Of a stretch of 32,000 nucleotides of DNA, positions 8,749 through 17,640 are shown one piece after another. This DNA is from Arcobacter sp. (GTDB lineage: Bacteria > Campylobacterota > Campylobacteria > Campylobacterales > Sulfurimonadaceae), in assembly GCA_024637195.1 (NCBI GenBank), contig JAGXFN010000010.1, positions 136,847 through 168,846 of the forward strand, written 5' to 3'. Under the pieces are notes generated by a model. The model was given only the letters and a program-made list of their open reading frames with translations. It was not told where the DNA came from and did no database searches. The translations under genes and the position numbers were made by a program. Numbering within the stretch: the first letter of the stretch is position 1; the number at the start of each line of letters is the position of its first letter.

Positions 8749-9726
8749 TTAATGTTCTTCTTTTCGAGAACTCTGGATAAACTCCAAAAAGAAAGCTAAA
8801 AATACCGATAGCATCAGTCCTGTCACAAAGGCAACGACGACGATGAGTTTTTTCTTTGGTTTTACCGGGTTGTCATTTGTAAGTATGGCGCCGACGATTT
8901 CGGTGTTTTTATAATTGTGCGGCTTTGTCAAGGTTCTCAGAGTGTTCAACTCTTCTTCCAGCTTTGGAAGATGAAGCACTTCAAACTCGCTCTTCTCACG
9001 CTCAAACTTCTCCAAAGCATCTTTTAGTGTGATCAGCATATCCGCCAGGTATCTCTGCTCGTTGATCTGGATCGTTGCGAGCGTAGGGTTGTTGCTCTTG
9101 ATCTCTTTTAGGTTCTCTTGAACGGCTATGAAGTTCTTTTCATAGATCTTGATGTCATCTGTATATCGGAGTATCTTTTCTTTAAGCGCAGGTATCGTTT
9201 TGCTTTTCAACAGTGAGATCTTTCCCTCGGCCTGTTTTATCTGGGCTTCTCGGAACTCTTTTACATCATCAAGCGTCTTTTGATGCTCTCTCTGCGTGTA
9301 GTCGACAACCTTGTTCAGCTCTGCTATAGCAGCTTCATTTGAAAGCCCCTGTGCTGAAATAACGAAATAATTGTTCACTTTTTTGGCCAGACCAACGTTC
9401 TCGATCCATGCTGTTTTATCTTTTTCGTTTTTTAGCGTATCTATGAACAAGATCTCAAGCTCTTTTACCAGTTCGGCGCTGTTCGCCAATATTACATTAG
9501 CATTAGCATTAGCATTAGCATTAGCATCGAGCTTATATTTGCCCACCTTAAGTGTGGCTTTAACTTCATAGATCGGCGTCGCCAACAGAGCATAGGAAAC
9601 TGCTGCTATAGTGACCGCGAGCGTTACTGCCACGATGAGCGTCTTTCGTTTTACCAGTGTCTTCCACAGCTCTCTCAAATCGATCTCATCTTCTTGAATA
9701 AATTGTTGACTGTTTTCTTGACTCAT
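8749..9726 (-). CDS. wzz: Polysaccharide chain-length determinant (Wzz / PCP-1 family)
   Basis: The N-terminus (DEIDLRELWKTLVKRK plus TM1) matches the Wzz motif. A long coiled-coil periplasmic region follows. The C-terminal TM2 comes after a Pro-rich KPKKK segment. Confidence 0.85.
   Translation of the reverse strand: MSQENSQQFIQEDEIDLRELWKTLVKRKTLIVAVTLAVTIAAVSYALLATPIYEVKATLKVGKYKLDANANANANANVILANSAELVKELEILFIDTLKNEKDKTAWIENVGLAKKVNNYFVISAQGLSNEAAIAELNKVVDYTQREHQKTLDDVKEFREAQIKQAEGKISLLKSKTIPALKEKILRYTDDIKIYEKNFIAVQENLKEIKSNNPTLATIQINEQRYLADMLITLKDALEKFEREKSEFEVLHLPKLEEELNTLRTLTKPHNYKNTEIVGAILTNDNPVKPKKKLIVVVAFVTGLMLSVFLAFFLEFIQSSRKEEH
9496..9525 (-). repeat. (GCTAAT)x5 perfect in-frame hexanucleotide tandem repeat inside wzz, encoding (Ala-Asn)5
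   Basis: The plus strand reads ATTAGC five times at 9496-9525. The translation is KLD-ANANANANAN-VIL, about 20 residues after TM1. Confidence 0.95.
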
Positions 9727-9795
9727 CTTTTTCCTTTTCTAAGTGAATTGAGCTATGCTCAAGAGAGGGGCCACCTGGGTGGTATACCTCCGTAA

Positions 9796-11115
9796 TTAGT
9801 GTGCCCCATTCCTAAACAGAACGACCTTGATCGTCTTGGCCAGGATCACGAAGTCCAGCCAGAGGTTCCAGTTACGCGTATACCAGACATCCATGTCTAC
9901 TCGGGAGTGGAAATCCACATCGCTTCTTCCGCTGACCTGCCACAGACCGGTGATGCCTGGTTTGACAGCCAGAACCATGTCGATCTTGTCGCTTATCTTT
10001 TCTTTTTCGTTGGGCATGTAAGGGCGGGGGCCGATGAGACTCATCTCGCCTTTGAGAACATTGATGATCTGCGGAAGCTCATCCAGTGATGTCTTGCGCA
10101 TGATATGGCCTATTTTGGTGATGCGAGGATCGTTTTTGTACTTATGGTAGGTCTCATAACAGACGATCTCATCCGGATGCTCTTTGAGATAAGCCTCCAA
10201 GATCGCATCACCGTCTTCGCGCATAGAGCGGAACTTGTAGCACAAAAACTCTTCGCCGTTACGCCCCATACGCATCTGCCTAAAAAAGATGCTTCCCCTC
10301 GGCTCCTCTTTTTTCATCAAAACGATGATGAGGCCAAAGAGCAGCAGCAACAGCGGAAAAAGCAAGATCGACAGGAAGAGGTCAGAAAACTTTTTAATCC
10401 AGATGTTAGATGTTTTCAACAGGGTATTTTCAACAACGACCAGGTTTTTGCGCGCGTTTGTAAGCTCTATGATATTGGCATTTGAGAGGTTGTACGACTG
10501 CAACAGAGGGATGAAGAGCACCTCCTTTCTCTCTCGCAGGTTCTCGTCCAGACTCTTTTGCAGCTCCTGCGCCGAGATGCCATCCGTGTCGATAAATACC
10601 GTCTGCGCGTCCGCACGGCTGGCGTGGACATAGCCCAGATAGGGATTGCCAAAGACCTCTTCTGTGATGTACGCATCCTTACCACAGACTTGTGCGTAGC
10701 GTTTCCACAGCCCAAGCCTGAAAAGAGCTTTTTTGGCTATGTTTTTAAAGACAGGAATAAGCAGCGCCATAAAAACAAAAGAGACAATGATCACAAAGCG
10801 CGAGTAGTTCCCGATGCTCTTCGTCAAAGCCAGGATGGAGAGCACGATGACCAGAGAGATCAGCAAGGCCCTAAAGATTAGGCGTGTCTCTTCCCAGAAG
10901 TCATAACGGCGCTTGTAGAGCTTCTCGCTGAGAAAAGTTACGAGGACTACCGCATAGACGATAAAATTGCCCGTATAGGCAAAGAGCTCTTTTTGCACCG
11001 CCGCGTTTATCCACCCCTCCAGACTGCCGCGCAAACCATACGCCAGCGCTATAGAGACAAATATGGCAAAAACGTCAACCCCAAAAAGAGCCACTCTCGA
11101 AACACTGTACTTCAC
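9796..11115 (-). CDS. Polyprenyl-phosphate glycosylphosphotransferase (WbaP/EPS initiating sugar transferase family)
   Basis: The 439-aa protein has N-terminal TM helices and a C-terminal bacterial sugar transferase domain ([51 protein letters not shown]). The start codon is GTG, preceded by GAGGGGGAG. Confidence 0.9.
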   Translation of the reverse strand: MKYSVSRVALFGVDVFAIFVSIALAYGLRGSLEGWINAAVQKELFAYTGNFIVYAVVLVTFLSEKLYKRRYDFWEETRLIFRALLISLVIVLSILALTKSIGNYSRFVIIVSFVFMALLIPVFKNIAKKALFRLGLWKRYAQVCGKDAYITEEVFGNPYLGYVHASRADAQTVFIDTDGISAQELQKSLDENLRERKEVLFIPLLQSYNLSNANIIELTNARKNLVVVENTLLKTSNIWIKKFSDLFLSILLFPLLLLLFGLIIVLMKKEEPRGSIFFRQMRMGRNGEEFLCYKFRSMREDGDAILEAYLKEHPDEIVCYETYHKYKNDPRITKIGHIMRKTSLDELPQIINVLKGEMSLIGPRPYMPNEKEKISDKIDMVLAVKPGITGLWQVSGRSDVDFHSRVDMDVWYTRNWNLWLDFVILAKTIKVVLFRNGAH

Positions 11116-11150
11116 AACTCCCCCTCACTGCACGCTATAAAACTTAATAG

Positions 11151-11156
11151 ATTATA
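11151..11156 (-). promoter_or_regulatory. Candidate internal -10 box (TATAAT) upstream of the initiating transferase
   Basis: The reverse complement of 11151-11156 is TATAAT, 35 nt upstream of the GTG start, within the 218-nt gap after the GT26 gene. The call rests on sequence pattern only. Confidence 0.25.
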
Positions 11157-11333
11157 ATAAATGAATGCTATTTTACCCTCTTTAGGTAAAAGTTCCTAGA
11201 GAGTGGTTGATGTTTTGAATAAAGTTTCACTTCCGTCATTTGACCAAAGGGAATGCCTGTGGTGCCCGACTCGATCGGGAATCCCGCTCCTCCCCCATCT
11301 ACCATTCACTCATCGCCACCATCGGCAACCTTC

Positions 11334-12083
11334 CTACCTTACCACTTTTCCAAAAAACTTCTCTTTTAAAACCAGCCATAAAAACATGCTATTGGTATAG
11401 AGATAGCGTTTCCACATTCGCCCCGGTTCTTGTAAAAATCTGTAGAACCATTCCAGTCCATAGCGCTGCATCCACAGTGGCGCGCGCGTCACCTTGCCGG
11501 CAACCACATCAAAACTGCCGCCTACACCCATGATGAAAGGGGTATTGATGATATCCTTATAGGTATTTAAAAATATCTCTTTTGTAGGGCTGCTGATCGC
11601 TACAAACAAGATGTCGGCTCCGCTGTCTCCTATCTGTCTGGCGATACTCTCTTCTTCCTCTTTTTTGAAATAGCCATTGCGGTATCCGGCGATGATGCCA
11701 GAACTATACATCTGAGTGTATTTGTCGACAACACCTTTTACCACCTCCTCTTTTGCGCCAAAGAAAAACACCCGGTATCTTTTTTCACTCGCCAGCTTCA
11801 CAAGATTTTGCATCAGGTCTATCCCGGCTACTCTTTCAGGCAGCGATTGCGCTAAAATTTTACTGGCCCACACTACTGCTTGCCCGTCAGCGTTGATGAT
11901 ATCACTGCTTACTACTGAGTCATAAAGCTCTTTATCATTTTGCATATGCACCAATTTGGCTGCATTGACCACAACATGATGAAGATGTGTTTTGTTTTGT
12001 ATAGACTCGCCTATGAGCTTTACTGTTTCTTCCATAGTCAGCTTGTCTATGGGGCAATTTAGTATGTTTATTCTATTGTTCAT
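11334..12083 (-). CDS. GT26 glycosyltransferase (WecG/TagA/CpsF family), likely ManNAcA/ManNAc transferase
   Basis: The 249-aa protein aligns along its length with remembered E. coli WecG (ADG..VV, RVAG.DL, GAKEEV, GVGGSFDV.AG...RAP, GLEW.YR...P.R). Confidence 0.85.
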   Translation of the reverse strand: MNNRINILNCPIDKLTMEETVKLIGESIQNKTHLHHVVVNAAKLVHMQNDKELYDSVVSSDIINADGQAVVWASKILAQSLPERVAGIDLMQNLVKLASEKRYRVFFFGAKEEVVKGVVDKYTQMYSSGIIAGYRNGYFKKEEEESIARQIGDSGADILFVAISSPTKEIFLNTYKDIINTPFIMGVGGSFDVVAGKVTRAPLWMQRYGLEWFYRFLQEPGRMWKRYLYTNSMFLWLVLKEKFFGKVVR

Positions 12084-13944
12084 AATTTTCCATCCAGTAA
12101 TAAATTGATATCAAAGTAAAGAGTTGCTTTTCCATGTTGCGTTTACCACTCATATGCATATCAAAAATCTTTGCTACTTCGCTAGTATCAAAAAACTCAC
12201 TAAATTTACTACCGTTTGAAATCAGCATATTTTTATACATTAGCCCTTTTTCATCTCTGAACCATTTTTCTGTTGGTGATTTGAACCCTTTTTTCTTTCG
12301 GTAGATGATCTCTTTTGGCAGTACATTCTCTGCAAACTTTTTGTGAATATATTTACCCTCTTTACCATGTAACTTATATTCCAAAGGTAAAGACTCTATA
12401 AAATCCACCAAGTCATTGTCAAGCATCGGTACTCGTGCTTCTATGGAAAAATTCATAGAAATTTTATCTGTATAAAGAAGCAGATCATCACAAAGGTTCA
12501 TTCTCATATCGTTTGACATCATGGCATTTGTGCTGTCTTTGTTTTTTCCATCTAACAAATCATAAAAATACTTTATCAACTCACCACTTTTTGTTTCATC
12601 TACTTTTATAAGCTTTTTTATCTCTTTATCACTAAAAAGTGCATAGATGAGCTCCCATCTTTTTATGGTATCTTTTTCACCAAGAGAGTTTATAGCTCTA
12701 TATATAGATTCATTTTTAATAAGTCTGCTAAAAGGTTTTGCCAAGCCAAAAAAAGCACTAGGAACTTTGCCATACATCATCTCGCCACGATAACGGGTAT
12801 AGCCTCCAAGCGGCTCATCTGCTCCTTGGCCTGTCAACACTACTTTTATACCGTGACTTGCTACAAGTTCATTGAGATAATACATAGGTATAATAGAGGT
12901 CGTACCCAAAGGCTCTTCGACAATCTCTATACATTTGCGAAAAACACTCTCAAACTGTTCATCATTTATCTTAATCTCGTAATGTTCAGTTCCAAGTATC
13001 CGTGCCGTCTCTTTTGCATCAAGAGTTTCATCACTATCATCATCTTCGCTAAAGCCTATGGTAAAAGTCTTGATAGGTTTATCACTATACTTCTGAGCAT
13101 AGTAAGCCACCAAAGCAGAGTCAATACCACCGCTTAAAAGCACACCAACTTCTACATCTGCTATAAGTTGTCTCTGTATCGCTTGTTCAAAAAGCTCACC
13201 ATACTTTTGCAAAGCATCCTCAAAACAAGCGGAGCGCTCGGACGAATGTCTGATGTTTCCTTGAAAAGAGATATTTTTAGTCACCATCATAGGAGATATA
13301 AAAGATGACATATTTGAAGAGTGCGTTTGAATATCATATTCTAAAATATGCCCAGCTCTAAGCTTTTGGATATTACCATAGAGTGTAGTAGGTGCAGGAT
13401 TGTAGCGAAGCTTGAGAAGTGTGGCTAAGTTGGCTTTATCTACATTGGATTCTACAAGTTTCTTGATAGGTCGTATCTCTGAGCTGAAAACCAATTCATT
13501 GCTATTTTGATAAAAATAAATAGGCTTTACACCATATCTGTCTCTTGCTACATATAGCTTTTCATTTGCTATATCAAAGAGTGCAAAACCAAAGGTACCG
13601 TTAAAATCTTTGACCGACTCTATCCCAAATCTTGCCATGTAGTTTACGATAGTTTCTGTGTCGCTATGACCTCTCCACTCTATATCGCTCAACTTTTCTC
13701 TTAGTTCTAAGTGATTATATATCTCGCCATTGAAGATGATCACAAAGTTTCCACATGCCGAACTCATTGGCTGATGTCCAGCACTGCTAAGATCTTGTAT
13801 GGAGAGTCTCACATGCCCTAAATGTATTGCATTGTCATCAACTTTGAAACTCATCATATCACTATCATCTGGACCACGATGTGATAGAAGCTCTAAAAGA
13901 GATATATCAAATGGTTTATTTACTGTTCCTACTATTCCGCACAT
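12073..13944 (-). CDS. Asparagine synthase (glutamine-hydrolysing)-like amidotransferase
   Basis: It starts MCGIVG (N-terminal Cys nucleophile) and has the PP-loop SGGIDS. At 623 aa it has the AsnB-like size and layout. Confidence 0.85.
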   Translation of the reverse strand: MCGIVGTVNKPFDISLLELLSHRGPDDSDMMSFKVDDNAIHLGHVRLSIQDLSSAGHQPMSSACGNFVIIFNGEIYNHLELREKLSDIEWRGHSDTETIVNYMARFGIESVKDFNGTFGFALFDIANEKLYVARDRYGVKPIYFYQNSNELVFSSEIRPIKKLVESNVDKANLATLLKLRYNPAPTTLYGNIQKLRAGHILEYDIQTHSSNMSSFISPMMVTKNISFQGNIRHSSERSACFEDALQKYGELFEQAIQRQLIADVEVGVLLSGGIDSALVAYYAQKYSDKPIKTFTIGFSEDDDSDETLDAKETARILGTEHYEIKINDEQFESVFRKCIEIVEEPLGTTSIIPMYYLNELVASHGIKVVLTGQGADEPLGGYTRYRGEMMYGKVPSAFFGLAKPFSRLIKNESIYRAINSLGEKDTIKRWELIYALFSDKEIKKLIKVDETKSGELIKYFYDLLDGKNKDSTNAMMSNDMRMNLCDDLLLYTDKISMNFSIEARVPMLDNDLVDFIESLPLEYKLHGKEGKYIHKKFAENVLPKEIIYRKKKGFKSPTEKWFRDEKGLMYKNMLISNGSKFSEFFDTSEVAKIFDMHMSGKRNMEKQLFTLISIYYWMENYEQ

Positions 13945-15344
13945 TTTGAATTACCCTTTTTTTTCTTTTTATGTACAATTAACAATATAATTATCAAATA
14001 AGACCATATAATGGGTTCCATCCTTGGGACATATCCTAATTCTGGTAATTTATTTATGTTAAAGTAAAATTGGTATACTGTCCCGGTAAACACACCATAA
14101 TATGAAACAATTAAAATATATGATATAAATATTGATCTAGTGAAATAATCACCCTTTATTACAAAAATATAAACAAGATAATAAATTATAAAAATATTTA
14201 TAATAAATATAATAAAAAAATTATCTAAATATGAAATATTTACAATTCCACCAACTAGGGGCAACAATAACAATTGACTATTCCACTCTAAGTTAATGTA
14301 AGGATCCGCCCAATGAATCAGTGTCGAAATGTTATGCGCTAAGTTTAACCCGGTCGTTATCTGCATATCATCAATTTCAACAGATGTAGATATAGAATTC
14401 CCAGTTCCTAAAAATCTTTCAATCATAAGTCCAATTAACGGCAATGATAATATAGTACCCAGCAATAAATATTTAAATTGTATAAACATAAAAATCTTTT
14501 TTCTTAAAAAAACAAAGAACAAAACAGAAGAAATACATAACACTAAAATAGCACTTTTTCCAAGAGAAATAAACACAAGAACAAGTAAATATGACATAAA
14601 AAAAGTTTTGTATTTTCCCTCATATTTAAATATAAAATAAAAAACAAAGAAAGCAGCCATAATCCCCATTGTAACAGGTTCTCCAAATCCAGCAGTTAGA
14701 TCACCAGATGTCCCAGCATAAAAGCGTCGACCACCATGAAGTAAAAACAGCCAAGGTTTACCACTACTTCTTAAAAACAATTCTATAATAAAGATAAAAA
14801 AAGATGTTGTAAATATACCTAATATCATTTTTTTGAAAAATATTTCAAAATCATTTTTTAATAATACATACATACATATGATAATATTAAAAAATAATAG
14901 TGGTTCAATTGTTTCATTAATAAAGAACAATACATTATTTTGAGTATTAAAATAAAAAAGGATTATAAAAATAAACTTTGTAACTAAGAACAACCAAATA
15001 AAAAAAATATTTTTTTGTATCTCAAATTTTTTAACATTTTTTAATTTACCTATTAATGCAATATTGAAAAACAACAAAAGGATTAAAAAAGGATCTATTA
15101 ACAAAACATCTATATTAATAAAAAATACTGACTTATACCAACTAAAAAATGGAAACAATGATATAAAGTACAGCAGTGCTTTATATAAATTTTTAATGCT
15201 ATACACCATCAAAAACGATGTAAGAATATTACCTAATATATTTACGATTAAGTATTTGAATATTAGCAGACTTCCTGAATAATAATTAAATGAAATAAAC
15301 TGTAGAACCAAGTAAATCAATAAAAATATAAGTGTTATTCTCAT
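13932..15344 (-). CDS. Polytopic membrane protein, probable Wzy-type repeat-unit polymerase
   Basis: The 470-aa protein is extremely hydrophobic and Phe/Ile-rich with many TM segments. It occupies the position that wzyE holds in the ECA gene order (between wecF and wecG). No diagnostic motif was recognised. Confidence 0.45.
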   Translation of the reverse strand: MRITLIFLLIYLVLQFISFNYYSGSLLIFKYLIVNILGNILTSFLMVYSIKNLYKALLYFISLFPFFSWYKSVFFINIDVLLIDPFLILLLFFNIALIGKLKNVKKFEIQKNIFFIWLFLVTKFIFIILFYFNTQNNVLFFINETIEPLLFFNIIICMYVLLKNDFEIFFKKMILGIFTTSFFIFIIELFLRSSGKPWLFLLHGGRRFYAGTSGDLTAGFGEPVTMGIMAAFFVFYFIFKYEGKYKTFFMSYLLVLVFISLGKSAILVLCISSVLFFVFLRKKIFMFIQFKYLLLGTILSLPLIGLMIERFLGTGNSISTSVEIDDMQITTGLNLAHNISTLIHWADPYINLEWNSQLLLLPLVGGIVNISYLDNFFIIFIINIFIIYYLVYIFVIKGDYFTRSIFISYILIVSYYGVFTGTVYQFYFNINKLPELGYVPRMEPIIWSYLIIILLIVHKKKKKGNSKCAE

Positions 15345-16342
15345 AATTGGCTTTTGAATAGATAGTTTTTAATCATATTTATAAGAATGGAAATTACTAT
15401 AGAGAACATGAGTAAAACAGTTAATATAACAAAAGGATTTTGTAATGCATACAATTCACTTTCGAAAAAATATTTAAATAAAAAAGTATGAAATAAAAAT
15501 ATATTAAAACTATGTACACCGATAAATACAAAAACATTTTTTATGATTGAATCATTTCTAAATATAAGCCAGCTAACCATAATAATAAAAAAAGAAAATA
15601 AAAAATCGAGCCTATTGCCGCTCCCTGGTATTTCAAATAATTTAAGCATTGAAATTGTTAAAATAGCAATGATTGAAATTAATAACAAATAATTTTCATT
15701 ATATTCTAAAACTTTATCAAAAACTTTATACTCAGCAATATATATTCCTAGTGCAAATGAAGCAATCCAAGCTGATAAGACGGGTAAAGATAGAAAAGAG
15801 ATAAATATCATTATAAGCAAGCCCAATATTTTCATTTTCTTCAAAAAATTATACATAAAAGGATATAACAAATATAAAGTTATTATCAAAGTCATAAACC
15901 ACCATGTTGGATTATATCCATGCCCTACATAATTAGGAAAATATAATTGTACAGCAAAAAAATTTATTGCCATTTTAATAAGATATTCATCCCCATATAC
16001 TTCACTCGGCAATCTATTAAATACTAATATACTTATCACTATAAATATTGTAAAAATAACCCAATATGTTTCATAGAGTTTGGAGAGCCTTCTTAAATAA
16101 AACTTTTTTAATGTTGTTTTATTTTTTCTATATGATATTGTCAAGCCATATCCAGATACAAATAAAAACATACTAACACATACTTTAAATAATATAGCGA
16201 ATTGATATGCATATGGATATATTTCAGGCAATCTCCAAAACAAATGATGCCATAAAAGCATAATCAAAGCTATGCCTTTTATTAAGTTTGTATCATTTTC
16301 ACTAAAGGTATTATCGCTTACGCTATATTTTATGCCATTCAT
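15341..16342 (-). CDS. Acyltransferase family 3 membrane protein (probable glycan O-acetyltransferase)
   Basis: IKGIALIMLLWHHLF and MFLFVSGYG match acyltransferase_3 N-terminal motifs, and the protein has about 10 TM segments. I prefer the ATG at 16342 (MNGIKY...), which forms an ATGA overlap with the upstream ORF. Confidence 0.75.
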   Translation of the reverse strand: MNGIKYSVSDNTFSENDTNLIKGIALIMLLWHHLFWRLPEIYPYAYQFAILFKVCVSMFLFVSGYGLTISYRKNKTTLKKFYLRRLSKLYETYWVIFTIFIVISILVFNRLPSEVYGDEYLIKMAINFFAVQLYFPNYVGHGYNPTWWFMTLIITLYLLYPFMYNFLKKMKILGLLIMIFISFLSLPVLSAWIASFALGIYIAEYKVFDKVLEYNENYLLLISIIAILTISMLKLFEIPGSGNRLDFLFSFFIIMVSWLIFRNDSIIKNVFVFIGVHSFNIFLFHTFLFKYFFESELYALQNPFVILTVLLMFSIVISILINMIKNYLFKSQL

Positions 16343-16587
16343 ATATTTTTCCCCAACCATACATAATCTTTGTACAGAACATACAGTATAGATAGGAAAT
16401 ATCCAAAAAATATCAACATACTTAAAAATTCTATCATAACGCGGTAAGAGTTATAGCTTTCAAATTCTCCAACAAATATGTAATAGTCTATTTTTGTTAA
16501 AAAAAAATCATACATATCTAATATTTCATTGCAAATATTAGTATACAAGAAATAACAAATACTGTGTTTTAGATTGATAGTCTGCAT
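16339..16587 (-). other. 82-aa ORF, probably a remnant of a duplicated upstream gene rather than a functional gene
   Basis: Its C-terminus FGYFLSILYVLYKDYVWLGK nearly repeats the C-terminus of the 357-aa protein at 17633-18706 (FGYFLSMVYVLYKDYVWLGK). The rest has no recognisable similarity. Confidence 0.3.
16346..16408. repeat. Copy A of a duplicated gene junction (3' end of upstream ORF plus RBS of acyltransferase)
   Basis: A hand-made ungapped alignment to 17643-17705 gives 51 of 63 identical positions. The core is CCCAACCAyACATAATCTTTrTACArAACATA. Confidence 0.8.
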
Positions 16588-16590
16588 GAA

Positions 16591-17640
16591 TTATCCAATC
16601 TTAGGTACATATATTTTTTTACCAGTCATCGTATTATAAACAAAGACTTCAATATATTTATGGACAATATAAACTAACACACTAGTAAAAGTCACAGTCA
16701 ATAGAATAAATAGTATACTTAAAAACAAAATATTATCACAACAGCTTTGTACTTTTTGTGTTAATATCCTTGAAACTAGATAGCTATAAGGATGAGCTAA
16801 ATAAAAAGTATAGCTTACAGTTCCTAACGTCAGCCACAATTTACTATTAAAATATTTTGATAATAATTTTTCATTCTGGATAAATAAAAACATAAAAATA
16901 GAAAAAGAAAGATATAGCATCAGCAAATTATAGTTGTTAAATATATTATTTATGTCATATTTATAATCATAACTGAATGCTAAAAACAAAACTGATATTA
17001 ATGAGACTACTTGTACAGTATTCATAAAAAGATTATTCACAAATCTTTTAAAGTTGTATTTCTGTGACAAGAATGAAACCAAGATACCTAACAAATAAAA
17101 TACAGTAATGGGATAATAATAAGTAAATAAGACCCATCCAATCAAAGCTAAATATGAAACTATATAATTCTTTTGTATCACTATTGGTCTAATTAAAGCA
17201 TAGGTTAATAAATAATACCAAGCCTCATAAGTTATACTCCAGGCATTTGGAGATAAAGGAGGGGTACTAGCAAAAAGATTTAAAAAAAATAAATTCATTA
17301 TTAAAAAAAAAGGATCATTTTTATCTGGTTCTTTTCCTACAACCATATTTAATATAAAAAACAAAACTGTAAATAAAAATGGATATATCCTCCAAAAACG
17401 ATGAAAAAAAAAGTCTTTTATATTTGATTTTGTTGTGGCTATATAAATCACGTATCCACTTAAAAAGAAAAATATCTCAACTCCAAATGTACCTAAGTTT
17501 ATAAGTCCTTTTGTAAGCCAAGTAGAACTTCCATATATATGCTCTGTAAAGCCATCTATCATATGAGCAACAAACACCATTAAAGCAGCTAAACCTCTAA
17601 ATCCGTGCAAAGAAAAATTAAATTGATTGGCTTTACTCAT
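16591..17640 (-). CDS. Acyltransferase family 3 membrane protein (second paralogue)
   Basis: LHGFRGLAALMVFVAHM and EIFFFLSGYV are acyltransferase_3 motifs. I prefer the ATG at 17640 (MSKANQF...) because the upstream extension to 17730 overlaps the preceding gene. Confidence 0.8.
   Translation of the reverse strand: MSKANQFNFSLHGFRGLAALMVFVAHMIDGFTEHIYGSSTWLTKGLINLGTFGVEIFFFLSGYVIYIATTKSNIKDFFFHRFWRIYPFLFTVLFFILNMVVGKEPDKNDPFFLIMNLFFLNLFASTPPLSPNAWSITYEAWYYLLTYALIRPIVIQKNYIVSYLALIGWVLFTYYYPITVFYLLGILVSFLSQKYNFKRFVNNLFMNTVQVVSLISVLFLAFSYDYKYDINNIFNNYNLLMLYLSFSIFMFLFIQNEKLLSKYFNSKLWLTLGTVSYTFYLAHPYSYLVSRILTQKVQSCCDNILFLSILFILLTVTFTSVLVYIVHKYIEVFVYNTMTGKKIYVPKIG

Noticed and set aside
9496-9525. 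Possible CRISPR or other non-coding array
   Set aside because: The repeat unit is only 6 nt with no spacers, and it lies in frame within wzz. It is a coding microsatellite.
11116-11333. Small plus-strand ORFs (11203-11400, 11240-11533) and a short hairpin (CCCGA...TCGGG at about 11266-11280) in the 218-nt gap upstream of the initiating transferase
   Set aside because: The ORFs have no RBS or motif support and run into the antisense of the GT26 gene. The hairpin is only 5 bp with no U-tract. Only a weak -10 candidate was retained, as a low-confidence feature.
17303-17412. A/T homopolymer tracts as phase-variation switches: A9 at 17303-17311 and 17404-17412 in acyltransferase B, A9 at 16499-16507, T8 at 13957-13964 near the wzy 3' end, and T8 at about 19344-19351 in wecF
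   Set aside because: Runs of 8-9 A/T are expected in Phe/Lys-rich membrane genes of DNA this AT-rich. No G/C tracts were seen. A single sequence cannot show length variation. They would only be worth checking if read-level heterogeneity data are available.
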